Shown here: positions 1 to 8,566 of the stretch, in pieces
How positions within the stretch are numbered: position 1 is the stretch's first letter
Layout of the letters: every line of letters begins with the position of its first letter
Assembly: GCA_963813535.1 (NCBI GenBank)
Contig: CAWEZH010000002.1
Span: 1,184,001-1,248,000, forward strand
Direction: 5' to 3'
From: an uncultured Chloroflexia bacterium
Lineage (GTDB): Bacteria; Chloroflexota; Limnocylindria; Limnocylindrales; CSP1-4
Length of the DNA stretch: 64,000 nucleotides
Translations under genes and position numbers: made by a program
Notes under the pieces: model-generated
The model's database searches: none
Told to the model about the DNA's origin: nothing
The model's input: only the letters and a program-made list of their open reading frames with translations

Positions 1-38
1 AAGCACGCCCATATGCCGGTCCGCTGGCGGCGCGACGG

Positions 39-275
39 ATGGCACGCCTTCTCATAGGTACCGCGATCGTCCTGCCGATCCTTACCTTCTTTGCGTGGAT
101 CGCTCAGCCCGGTTTCACCGGGGGGCCGATGTTCTACGAGGCCCCGTGGTACGAGGCGGCGCTGCCGTGGGCGGCTGCCGCGGGTTACCTGTTCGGGCTC
201 GGCTGGATGATCCGGATCTACCGGGCGGATCCCGAGCCGGATCGCGGGACCTGGCGCTATCGCTCCGAGGCCTGA
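39..275 (+). CDS. small two-TM membrane protein, hypothetical
   Basis: 78 aa with two hydrophobic segments and a WRYR tail; GC3-rich codon usage. Confidence 0.65.
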   Translation: MARLLIGTAIVLPILTFFAWIAQPGFTGGPMFYEAPWYEAALPWAAAAGYLFGLGWMIRIYRADPEPDRGTWRYRSEA

Positions 276-376
276 GGCTCCTCCGGGGCCTGTGCCACTG
301 AACCTGCACGCCATTCGTGCCATATGTGCAAGAGGCGCACCGTCGGCCCGCTGAGTTCGCCGGCTCGGTTCTCGCG

Positions 377-449
377 TGCATCGTCATGCAGCCGCACATG
401 CGGTGGTGACCACGTCCATGCGCTCTGATGCATCGTCATGCAGTCGCAC
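377..449. repeat. two 21-bp direct repeats, each a palindrome (REP-like)
   Basis: TGCATCGTCATGCAGCCGCAC at 377-397 and TGCATCGTCATGCAGTCGCAC at 429-449, in the gap between convergent genes. Confidence 0.7.
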
Positions 450-606
450 GCACCTGAGCCGGCGCGTGGATGCATCCCAAGGTGCGCCGGATGCACATAC
501 GGCCCGATCGCGGGCGTGGGGCCGGGAGCTGACGCGCGACGGGAGCTGAACATGAACGCGACGCCCTCGGTGAGGGCGTCGCGTCGCGATCCGTCGGAGG
601 AGTCGC

Positions 607-1728
607 CTACCGGGGATCGATCCCCCAGGCGACGAAGTACTCGTTGTCGTTCGGCGTATCCGTGACCTGGACGAGGTCCGTACCGTCGATCGCCATCGTG
701 TAGATGTCGGCCATGTTGGATGTGCCGACCGCCATGTTGAAGACGAGGCGGGCGCCGTCGGGCGAGAACGCGGGTCCGGTCGCCCAGTTGTGGATCGCGG
801 GAAGCTCGATCGTCCGCAGATCGGACCCATCGGGTCGCACGAGGATGAACTGCGAAACCCTCCCCTGCACCAGGGCGCGACCGGCGAGCAGCCACTCACC
901 GTCCGGCGACCACGACACCGAGACGCCGATCGGGTCGGGGATGACCTCGAGAACCTCCCCGGTGTCCACGTCGGCGACCCAGATCGTGCCGACTTCCTGA
1001 CCGGCTAGACCGCGCACGAAGGCGATCCGCCGTCCATCCGGCGCGAAGTCACCGGGGATGTCGTTGCCGCCCAGGCCGTTCGTCGTCAGTCGTGTCGCGC
1101 CCGAACCATCGGCGGCGTTCGCGAGGAAGATGCCGTTCCGTGTCTTTTCGGCATCGTTCCAGCCCTCGGCCGCGAGCCGCCGCCCATCGGGCGACCAGGT
1201 GGAACAGCCCAGGTTCACGCCGTCGACGGAATTCGGGAACCGTCGAAGGTCGGTCCCGTCGACGTTGACCGTGCCGAACCCGATGCTCAGACGTTGGCCG
1301 TCTGGCGAGAACTGCGGGCATTCGTTCGCTCCGGGGAGAACGACACGGGTATCCGACCCGTCGGGTCGGCTGATGTGGATCACGGTGTCCTGAAGGGCCG
1401 GGTCGAAGCGGCCGAAGGCGATCGGTCCGTTGACGATCGGTGTCGGCGCGATCCGCCACCCGCCGACGGTCAGGCCCACTGCGGCGATAGCGATGACCAA
1501 GGCAAGGACGATCAGGATCGCCCACGCGGGCGCCGACAACGGCCGGCCCAGCGAGCGAGCTGTGGTGGACATGGGAAGGCTCCTCAGGGAGGCCAGCCAG
1601 GCCGGTTGCTGCCGTCGGCCGGCGGTCGTGGCGAGGATCGCGTCGATCTGACCGTCCGCGACGGTGCGATCGGCGGTCACTTCGAAGTGGGCGCGGAGCA
1701 TGATCTCGACGTCGCGATGGGCGTTCAT
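607..1728 (-). CDS. putative anti-sigma factor with TM helix and TolB-like (PD40) beta-propeller
   Basis: short N-terminal cytoplasmic domain, one TM segment, repeated FSPDG/WSPDG motifs; ATGA overlap with the ECF sigma gene. Confidence 0.8.
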   Translation of the reverse strand: MNAHRDVEIMLRAHFEVTADRTVADGQIDAILATTAGRRQQPAWLASLRSLPMSTTARSLGRPLSAPAWAILIVLALVIAIAAVGLTVGGWRIAPTPIVNGPIAFGRFDPALQDTVIHISRPDGSDTRVVLPGANECPQFSPDGQRLSIGFGTVNVDGTDLRRFPNSVDGVNLGCSTWSPDGRRLAAEGWNDAEKTRNGIFLANAADGSGATRLTTNGLGGNDIPGDFAPDGRRIAFVRGLAGQEVGTIWVADVDTGEVLEVIPDPIGVSVSWSPDGEWLLAGRALVQGRVSQFILVRPDGSDLRTIELPAIHNWATGPAFSPDGARLVFNMAVGTSNMADIYTMAIDGTDLVQVTDTPNDNEYFVAWGIDPR

Positions 1729-2279
1729 GTCGTTCGCTCCGCGGTCCGAGCGACCCGTCGATCATCGGCATCGACGGTGGCCCGCAGGGCCGAGACCGCT
1801 CGGTGAAGCCGGGATTTCATGGTCCCGGTGGGGATGCCGAGGGCGGACGCCGCCTCGGCGATGGGCAGGTCGAGGTAGTAGACGAGCACCAGGACCGTTC
1901 GCTGGTCGACCGTGAGCCGTTGAAGGCCACGTTCGAGCTGGTCGGTCACGGCGAAGGTCGATTGGATGTCGGCGACGTACGGGTGGTCGCTCGGCTGGAG
2001 CGGGATCTCCAGGACTCGTCGGCGGGCCCGCCGACGCGTGTCCTGACAGGAACGGACGATGAGCCTGGTCAACCAGGCCTGGAACTTGTCGGGGTCGCGC
2101 AGTCCCGGGAGGCTCCGCCACGCGTTGACGAAGGCATCCTGTACCGCGTCTTCGGCAAGGGTGTAGTCGTGAAGGATCAGCCGTGCGATCGCATTGAGCC
2201 GGCCGACCGAGCCCGCGACGAGGCGCGCGAAGGCGTCATGATCGCCCCCTCTCGCCTGGATCACGAGCTCTCGATCCAT
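1725..2279 (-). CDS. ECF RNA polymerase sigma factor (sigma70 family)
   Basis: AEDAVQDAF..AW region 2 and GIPTGTMKSRLHRA region 4; start placed at MDRELV. Confidence 0.92.
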   Translation of the reverse strand: MDRELVIQARGGDHDAFARLVAGSVGRLNAIARLILHDYTLAEDAVQDAFVNAWRSLPGLRDPDKFQAWLTRLIVRSCQDTRRRARRRVLEIPLQPSDHPYVADIQSTFAVTDQLERGLQRLTVDQRTVLVLVYYLDLPIAEAASALGIPTGTMKSRLHRAVSALRATVDADDRRVARTAERTT

Positions 2280-2319
2280 CCCTGCCGCCCTGCTGACGCG
2301 GACATCTTCCGCGTTCGAC

Positions 2320-2352
2320 GTGTATGTCCGTCGGGGGCGTGGGAAAGGTTCC
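2320..2352 (-). promoter_or_regulatory. possible ECF-type autoregulatory promoter
   Basis: GGAACC -35-like element (2352-2347) about 70 nt upstream of the sigma gene; -10 element ambiguous. Confidence 0.3.
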
Positions 2353-2396
2353 GTCTTGGTGCCGGAGCCTGGCACGCCGACCTGGCGCTTCCGCTC

Positions 2397-2807
2397 CTAG
2401 GCGCGTTCCGCCTTGTGGCCGCCCTCGGCACGGCGCGCGGCACCCCAGCGCGGATCGCCGGCCGTCGCCTCGTAGCCCTTCCGCGTCAGCATCTCGAGCT
2501 CAGCGAGTAGCGGCTCGTCGACCTTCGCGAAGTTGAAGCAGGACTTCCCTTGCATGCGCTTCCTGAGCGCCGGTGACACGTCATCGAGCAGCGCGGGCTG
2601 GACGTACACGGGCATGAGGTAGTAACTCACGTACCGCTTCCCCAGCCGCGTCGCGCCGAACCACGTGCTCGGGTCCCGCTCACCGTCGGGCGCCATGTCG
2701 ACGCCGAACCACTGCGCCGAGTCGGCCGACACGTGCATCTTCGCGGCGTACGGCGCCAGCATCGACTTGAACCGCTCGAACAGCTGCCCGAACTCCGCCT
2801 CGCCCAT
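2397..2807 (-). CDS. hypothetical protein, DUF1801/YdhG-like
   Basis: GKRYVSYYLMPVY...RMQGKSCFNF conserved-looking motifs; ATG at 2807. Confidence 0.65.
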   Translation of the reverse strand: MGEAEFGQLFERFKSMLAPYAAKMHVSADSAQWFGVDMAPDGERDPSTWFGATRLGKRYVSYYLMPVYVQPALLDDVSPALRKRMQGKSCFNFAKVDEPLLAELEMLTRKGYEATAGDPRWGAARRAEGGHKAERA

Positions 2808-2817
2808 CAAGGCCCCT

Positions 2818-3803
2818 TCAGTACGCGGCCAGCTTGCGGATCGCGTCGGCGATCTTCTCGGGGCTGACCATGAACCAGTCCTCGAGGACATGGTTGTACG
2901 GAACCCCCGGGACGTCCGGCCCGGCGATGCGCGTGACCGGTCCGTCGAGGTAGTCGAACGCCTCCTCGGCCACGAGCGCCGCGACCTCGGCACCGTACCC
3001 ACCGAACCGGTTGTCCTCGTAGACGACGAGGCACTTGCCGGTCTTGCGAACGGACTCGAGGACGGTCTCGTTGTCGAGCGGACGAAGCGTTCGCAAGTCG
3101 ACGACCTCGACGCTGATGTCCTCCTCGGCCACGCGATCGGCGGCTTCGAGCGCGTAGTGCGCCATCAGTCCGTAGGCGAATACCGAGATCTGCGTCCCCG
3201 GGTGGGTCACCGCCGCCTTGCCGAGCGGGCACGGTGTAGTCGGTGTCGGGCACGTCGCCGCGGACCGAGCGGTACATCTTCTTGTGCTCGAAGAACAGCA
3301 CCGGGTCGTCGTCGCGGATCGACGAGCGGAGCAGGCCTCGGGCGTCGTACGGCGTCGATGGCACGACCACCTTCAGGCCCGGGCACGTGGGTGAAGAACG
3401 CCTCGACGCTCTGCGAGTGGTACAGCGCGCCATGGACGCCGCCGCCATACGGCGCCCGGATGACCATCGGCACGCCATAGCCGTTGTTCGAGCGATAGCG
3501 CATCCGGGCCGCCTCTGACACGATCTGGTTGAACGCCGGGAAGATGAAGTCGGCGAACTGGATCTCGGCGATCGGGCGAAGGCCGTTGACCGCGGCGCCG
3601 ATCGATGCGCCCACGATCATCGACTCGGTCAGCGGGGTATCGATGACCCGGTCGTCGCCGAACTCCGCCCACAGGCCGTCAGTGGCCAGGAAGACGCCAC
3701 CCTTCTTGCCCACGTCCTCGCCGAGGATGATCACCGACTCGTCGCGGCGCATCTCGTCGGCGAGCGTCTCGCGGATGGAATCGATGAACGTCCTGGCCGG
3801 CAT
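2818..3803 (-). CDS. bkdA2: 2-oxoacid dehydrogenase E1 beta subunit (branched-chain/pyruvate type) with two +1 frameshifts at ~3378 and ~3228, probably sequencing errors
   Basis: GEDVG, DTPLTE, EIQFADF and HSQSVE in frame 1; [18 protein letters not shown] and FFEHKKMY in frame 2; [10 protein letters not shown]-terminus in frame 3. Confidence 0.9.
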
Positions 3804-4822
3804 CAGTCGACGTCCTCGGCGTAGACGTAGCGCATCGCCGTCGAGGGATCGGGGTCCGGTTGCGCCTCGGCGTAGTCGGTCGCCTCGTCGACGATGCCCT
3901 TGATCTCTGCGGCGAGCCGCTCCTCGATCTCGTCGGTCAGCACGCCGGCGTCCCGCAGCTGAGCGCGGAACGCCGGGAGCGGGTCGCGCTTGCGCTCTTC
4001 CGCGAGCTCCTCCTCGGAGCGGTACTTCGTCTGTTGGTCGTCCGACGAGTGTCCCGTGAGACGGGTGACCTTCGCCTCGATCAGCGTCGGTCCCTCGCCG
4101 GCGCGGGCGCGGGCGACCGCGTCACGCGAGGCGGCGTAGCAGGCCAACACGTCGTTGCCGTCGACGACGATCCCCGGGATGCCGTACCCGGCGGCCCGTT
4201 CGGCGACATTCGGCACAGACACCTGGCGGGCCATCGGCACACTGATCGCGTAGCCGTTGTTCTCGACCACGAAGACGAACGGCAGCTTGTGGATCGCGGC
4301 GAAGTTCAGACCCTCGTGGACGTCGCCCTGGTTGCTGCTCCCCTCCCCCATGGACGTCATCGCGACCTGGCCGGTCTTGCGGATCTTGGCGGCGAGGGCG
4401 ATCCCGACGGCGTGGAGGAGCTGTGTCGCGACCGGCGACGAGACCGACACGAGGTTGTGCTCGTGCGAGCCGTAATGGCCCGGCATCTGACGGCCGCCCG
4501 ACGACGGATCGTTGGCCGTCGCGTACTGGGCGGTCAGGATGTCGCGCGGGCTCATGCCGAATGTCAGGCACGTCGCGATCGATCGATAGAACGGCGCGAT
4601 CCAGTCGTGGCCCTTCTCGAGCGGCCAGGCGATACCAACCTGGGCGCCCTCGTGACCCTGGCCCGAGATCACGAACGGGATGCGGCCGGCACGGTTGAGG
4701 ATCCACATCCGCTCGTCAAGCGCTCGCGCGAGCGCCACGAGGCGATACATCGCGACGAGGTCGTCGTCGGTCAGTCCGACGCTCGCGGCAAGGCTCGTGG
4801 CGCTTCCCTTCGTCACGGCCAT
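3803..4822 (-). CDS. bkdA1: 2-oxoacid dehydrogenase E1 alpha subunit (TPP-dependent)
   Basis: GRQMPGH, GEGSSNQGDVHEGLNFA, ENNGYAIS and HSSDD motifs; Bacillus BkdA1-like. Confidence 0.92.
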   Translation of the reverse strand: MAVTKGSATSLAASVGLTDDDLVAMYRLVALARALDERMWILNRAGRIPFVISGQGHEGAQVGIAWPLEKGHDWIAPFYRSIATCLTFGMSPRDILTAQYATANDPSSGGRQMPGHYGSHEHNLVSVSSPVATQLLHAVGIALAAKIRKTGQVAMTSMGEGSSNQGDVHEGLNFAAIHKLPFVFVVENNGYAISVPMARQVSVPNVAERAAGYGIPGIVVDGNDVLACYAASRDAVARARAGEGPTLIEAKVTRLTGHSSDDQQTKYRSEEELAEERKRDPLPAFRAQLRDAGVLTDEIEERLAAEIKGIVDEATDYAEAQPDPDPSTAMRYVYAEDVD

Positions 4823-4829
4823 CGGACGA

Positions 4830-6272
4830 TCAGAAGTTGATCGATCGTCCGTCGACCGCCAAGGCCGCCTCGCCGATGACCTCCGAGAGGGTCGGGTGGG
4901 CGTGCGTCGCGCCGCCGATCTCCCACGGCGTGGCGTCGAGCTCGAACGCGAGCGAGGCCTCCGCGATCAGGTCGGTGGCATGCGGTCCGACGACGTGGAC
5001 ACCGAGCGTGTCCTGTGTGTCGGGGTTGGCGATGACCTTGGCGAACCCCTCGTACTCACCGCCGATGAGGGCCTTGGCGATCGCCTGGAACGGGACCTTG
5101 CCGACCTTGTATGGGATGCCGGCCGCCTTGAGCTGCTCCTCGGTCCTGCCGATCGAGGCGATCTCGGGCCGGCAGTACGTCGCCCGTGGCTGGGCGTCGT
5201 AGTCCATCTCGTGGACGTCGGCCTCGCCGGCGATCGTGTGCGCGGCGGTGATCCCCTCGTGGCCCGCGACGTGGGCAAGCCACAGACCACCGATCGCGTC
5301 GCCGATCGCGTAGACATGCGGCTCCTTCGTCCGCATGTGGCCGTTGACCTTGATGACGCCCTTGTCGGTCTCGACCTTGGTCGTCTCGAGGCCGATGTCC
5401 TCGATGTTCGCGGCGCGGCCGGTGGCGACGAGCATCATCTCGGCACGCAGCTCTGCCGGCTCCTTCCCGTCCGGTCCGACGTCGAGGCAGATCCCGCCCT
5501 TCTCGACCGAGACCGATTTCGCGTCGAACCGGGCGTTGGTCATGACGGTCATGCCGCGCTTCTCGAAGCTGCGCTGGACGAGCTTGCTGACCTCGAGGTC
5601 CTCGAGCGGGACGATCTGTGGCAGGTACTCGAGCAGCGTGACCTTCACGCCGACGTCGTGGAACATGCTTGCGAACTCGACACCCACCGCACCCGCCCCG
5701 ACGATGACGATGTCCTTGGGCAGGGTCGACATCCTCAGGACGTCGTCGCTGGTCACGATCCGCTTCCCGTCGGGCTCGAGCCCGGGCAGGGACTTGACAC
5801 GTGAACCGGTGGCGATGATGACGTCCGTCGCCTGGAGTACACGCTCGCCGCCCTTGCCGGGCGTGCCGTCCTCGCCGGCCTGGCTGACGCGGATCTTGTT
5901 GGGGCCGTCCAGCCGGCCACGCCCGTCGACCCAGGTGACCTTGTTCTTGGTGACCAGCGACTTCAGGCCGGTCCACAGGCGCTTGACGACAGCGTCCCGG
6001 CGCTCAGCGAAGGCCGCGTAGTCGACGACCGGCTCGCCCGGCAGCGTCAGCCCGAAATCCTTGGCGTGGCGGACCTTGTCGGCGAACGCGGCGGACTCGA
6101 GCAGGGCCTTGGTCGGGATGCAGCCGCGATGGAGGCAGGTCCCGCCGATCTTGTCCTCGTCGACAAGAGCGACCTTCAGTCCGAGCTGGGCAGCTCGAAA
6201 GGCGGCCGTGTAGCCGCCGGTGCCCGCTCCGAGCACCACCAGGTCGAAGTCATTGGACGAGCCGACGGCCAT
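4830..6272 (-). CDS. lpdA: dihydrolipoyl dehydrogenase (E3)
   Basis: GAGTGG FAD motif, GGTCLHRGCIPTK disulfide motif, HAHPTLSE. Confidence 0.96.
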   Translation of the reverse strand: MAVGSSNDFDLVVLGAGTGGYTAAFRAAQLGLKVALVDEDKIGGTCLHRGCIPTKALLESAAFADKVRHAKDFGLTLPGEPVVDYAAFAERRDAVVKRLWTGLKSLVTKNKVTWVDGRGRLDGPNKIRVSQAGEDGTPGKGGERVLQATDVIIATGSRVKSLPGLEPDGKRIVTSDDVLRMSTLPKDIVIVGAGAVGVEFASMFHDVGVKVTLLEYLPQIVPLEDLEVSKLVQRSFEKRGMTVMTNARFDAKSVSVEKGGICLDVGPDGKEPAELRAEMMLVATGRAANIEDIGLETTKVETDKGVIKVNGHMRTKEPHVYAIGDAIGGLWLAHVAGHEGITAAHTIAGEADVHEMDYDAQPRATYCRPEIASIGRTEEQLKAAGIPYKVGKVPFQAIAKALIGGEYEGFAKVIANPDTQDTLGVHVVGPHATDLIAEASLAFELDATPWEIGGATHAHPTLSEVIGEAALAVDGRSINF

Positions 6273-6490
6273 CGGTCAGTGGGCCTCGAAGGGGCTCGGA
6301 GCGGTAGCCGACGGAGGGGCGTCGAAGGCGTGCGCGCCCGAGTGGGTCATCGCGTTCGATGGTACGCGTGCCGTTGCGACGGGCGCAACCGACGCCGACC
6401 CGGCCGACCGGCGCTGACGCGTCGGGCGGAGCCATCGGCCGGTGCTAGACTCGGGCTCCCCGAGCCACCTCCCCTCCACCTGGAGCATCG

Positions 6491-7150
6491 ATGGGAACCG
6501 ACATCCTCGGAACGGTCGGCCTCATGCTCATCGCCTATCTGGCGGGCTCGATCCCGGTCGGTGCGATCGTCGCGCGGTGGGTCGGCGGACCGGACCTCCG
6601 ATCCGTCGGATCGGGCCGGACGGGTGGCACCAACGCGCTGCGGGCGCTGGGTCGGAAATGGGCCGCCGTCGTCGTCCTCGGCGACCTGCTGAAGGGCGCC
6701 CTCCCCGTCCTGCTGGCCCGCTACGTCACGGGCGACCCGCTGGTCGAGGTGCTCTGCGGAGGCGCAGCGGTCGCCGGTGCGATCTGGAGCGTGTTCGCCG
6801 GGTTCCGCAGCGGCCGCGGCGTGGGGACGGGCGTCGGGACCATGCTCGTCATCCAGCCCATCGCGGTCCTGCTGGCGGCGCCGGTCTTCTTTGCCGTGAT
6901 CCTGCTGACGCGCTACGTGTCGCTCGGCTCACTGCTCGGGTCGGCCGCGATGATCCCCGCCATGTTGTTGCTGCTCTTGCTCGTGCCCGAGACGCCGCTG
7001 CCGTACGTCATCTATACCGCGGTCGGGACAGCCCTGATCTGGCTGGCACACGCCGACAACATCGAGCGGCTGCTGAAGGGCACGGAGCGCAAGTTCGACC
7101 TGAGCATGCTGGCCGGCAAGACACCCCCGAGCGGCGTCGAGGGGCCGTAA
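6491..7150 (+). CDS. plsY: glycerol-3-phosphate acyltransferase PlsY
   Basis: YLAGSIP, GSGRTGGTN, DLLKG, GRGVGT and HADNIERLLKGTE motifs. Confidence 0.93.
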   Translation: MGTDILGTVGLMLIAYLAGSIPVGAIVARWVGGPDLRSVGSGRTGGTNALRALGRKWAAVVVLGDLLKGALPVLLARYVTGDPLVEVLCGGAAVAGAIWSVFAGFRSGRGVGTGVGTMLVIQPIAVLLAAPVFFAVILLTRYVSLGSLLGSAAMIPAMLLLLLLVPETPLPYVIYTAVGTALIWLAHADNIERLLKGTERKFDLSMLAGKTPPSGVEGP

Positions 7151-7177
7151 GCCACCGATCCTGCCCTTGGAATCGAT

Positions 7178-7206
7178 CGACCCGGGTCGGCTGACGACCC
7201 GGGTCG
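7178..7206. terminator. hairpin made of two tandem 12-bp palindromes between convergent genes
   Basis: CGACCCGGGTCG at 7178-7189 and 7195-7206. Confidence 0.5.
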
Positions 7207-7259
7207 GGGATCACGCTTGTTCGGCGGGCCGTCGGTCAGCCCGCGCCGAGAGGATGGGA

Positions 7260-7646
<387 letters not shown>

Positions 7647-7652
7647 AGAAGA

Positions 7653-7712
7653 GACTCCTCTCGGTAGCCGGCGCGATCCCGTCGGGTTCTCGCGTCAGCC
7701 GTGAGAGGAGTC
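7653..7712 (-). promoter_or_regulatory. 5'UTR hairpin sequestering the Shine-Dalgarno of the zinc-ribbon gene
   Basis: perfect 10-bp stem GACTCCTCTC (7653-7662) / GAGAGGAGTC (7703-7712) containing the SD; TACCAT -10 element at 7775-7770. Confidence 0.6.
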
Positions 7713-7813
7713 CGAGTTGCGTCGAGCTACGTTCTGGCCACGGACGCTTCCGCGGCGTTTGACCGCGCGATGGTACGCGTTGGGAGCGGCGCTTGTACAG
7801 CCCTGACTTTCGA

Positions 7814-8503
7814 TCAAAACGGTGCGACGGCGAACAGGTGGCTGAACTGTTTGCACCAGATGATCGCACTGCGGAATCGGCTCACGTCCGTACCCGTGGG
7901 CACGTCGTAGCCGAACGAGCCGTCGGTCGCCTTGAGCGTCCCGAGCTCCAGGGCGTCGTCCGCGTAGTCGTCGGCATCGGTCGAGAGGTAGACGTACAGG
8001 TCGGGCCCGTTTCGCACGCTGAAGTCCGCGAGCCGCAGGTGGTACCGACCGGGCTCGACCTCGATCAATGAAGCGGTCCCCCGGCCGAAGTGGAACTCGT
8101 CCGTCCCCGAGAACTCGCCGCTCGCGACCATGACCGGATCGAATGGGGTCGGCGACGGCCGCAGCGAGACGCTCGGTGCGAGGGTCGGAGGCGCCGTCGG
8201 CGTGGCGATCGCGACCGACGGCGCCGGGATCGACGCAATTGCGACTGCCGGTGTCGGGCCCGGCTCCACGAGTGAGGTCCGGACCCATATCGGCGATGCG
8301 AGATACCACGTGGTGGGCGCGCCGACCGCGATCGCCAGCGCGACGACCACGCCTGTCCTCCCCGGATGACGGCGCGCCGCCTCGAACCAGCCACGACGCC
8401 ACGCCACGACCGCAAGGACGACCACGACCACCGCGGAGACGATCGCAACGAGCACGCGCTGGTCGTACAAGGTGTCGAAGAACGTGCGCGCCAGGTCGTC
8501 CAT
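7814..8503 (-). CDS. membrane-anchored DM13 domain protein
   Basis: two TM segments, Pro/Thr linker, GPDLYVYLS and IIWCKQFSHLFAVA DM13 motifs. Confidence 0.88.
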   Translation of the reverse strand: MDDLARTFFDTLYDQRVLVAIVSAVVVVVLAVVAWRRGWFEAARRHPGRTGVVVALAIAVGAPTTWYLASPIWVRTSLVEPGPTPAVAIASIPAPSVAIATPTAPPTLAPSVSLRPSPTPFDPVMVASGEFSGTDEFHFGRGTASLIEVEPGRYHLRLADFSVRNGPDLYVYLSTDADDYADDALELGTLKATDGSFGYDVPTGTDVSRFRSAIIWCKQFSHLFAVAPF

Positions 8504-8566
8504 GCCCGGGACGGTGACTGCTGCGCATGACGCGTCGATGACGGCCGGTCGAAACCCGGCGGAGCG

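Noticed and set aside
377-449. CRISPR array (21-bp repeats with a 31-bp spacer)
   Set aside because: Only two short repeats, no third unit at the expected period, no leader and no cas genes in the window
3200-3400. Programmed ribosomal frameshifting in E1 beta
   Set aside because: No slippery heptamer; two shifts in one housekeeping gene and the same +1 pattern across the window point to sequencing error
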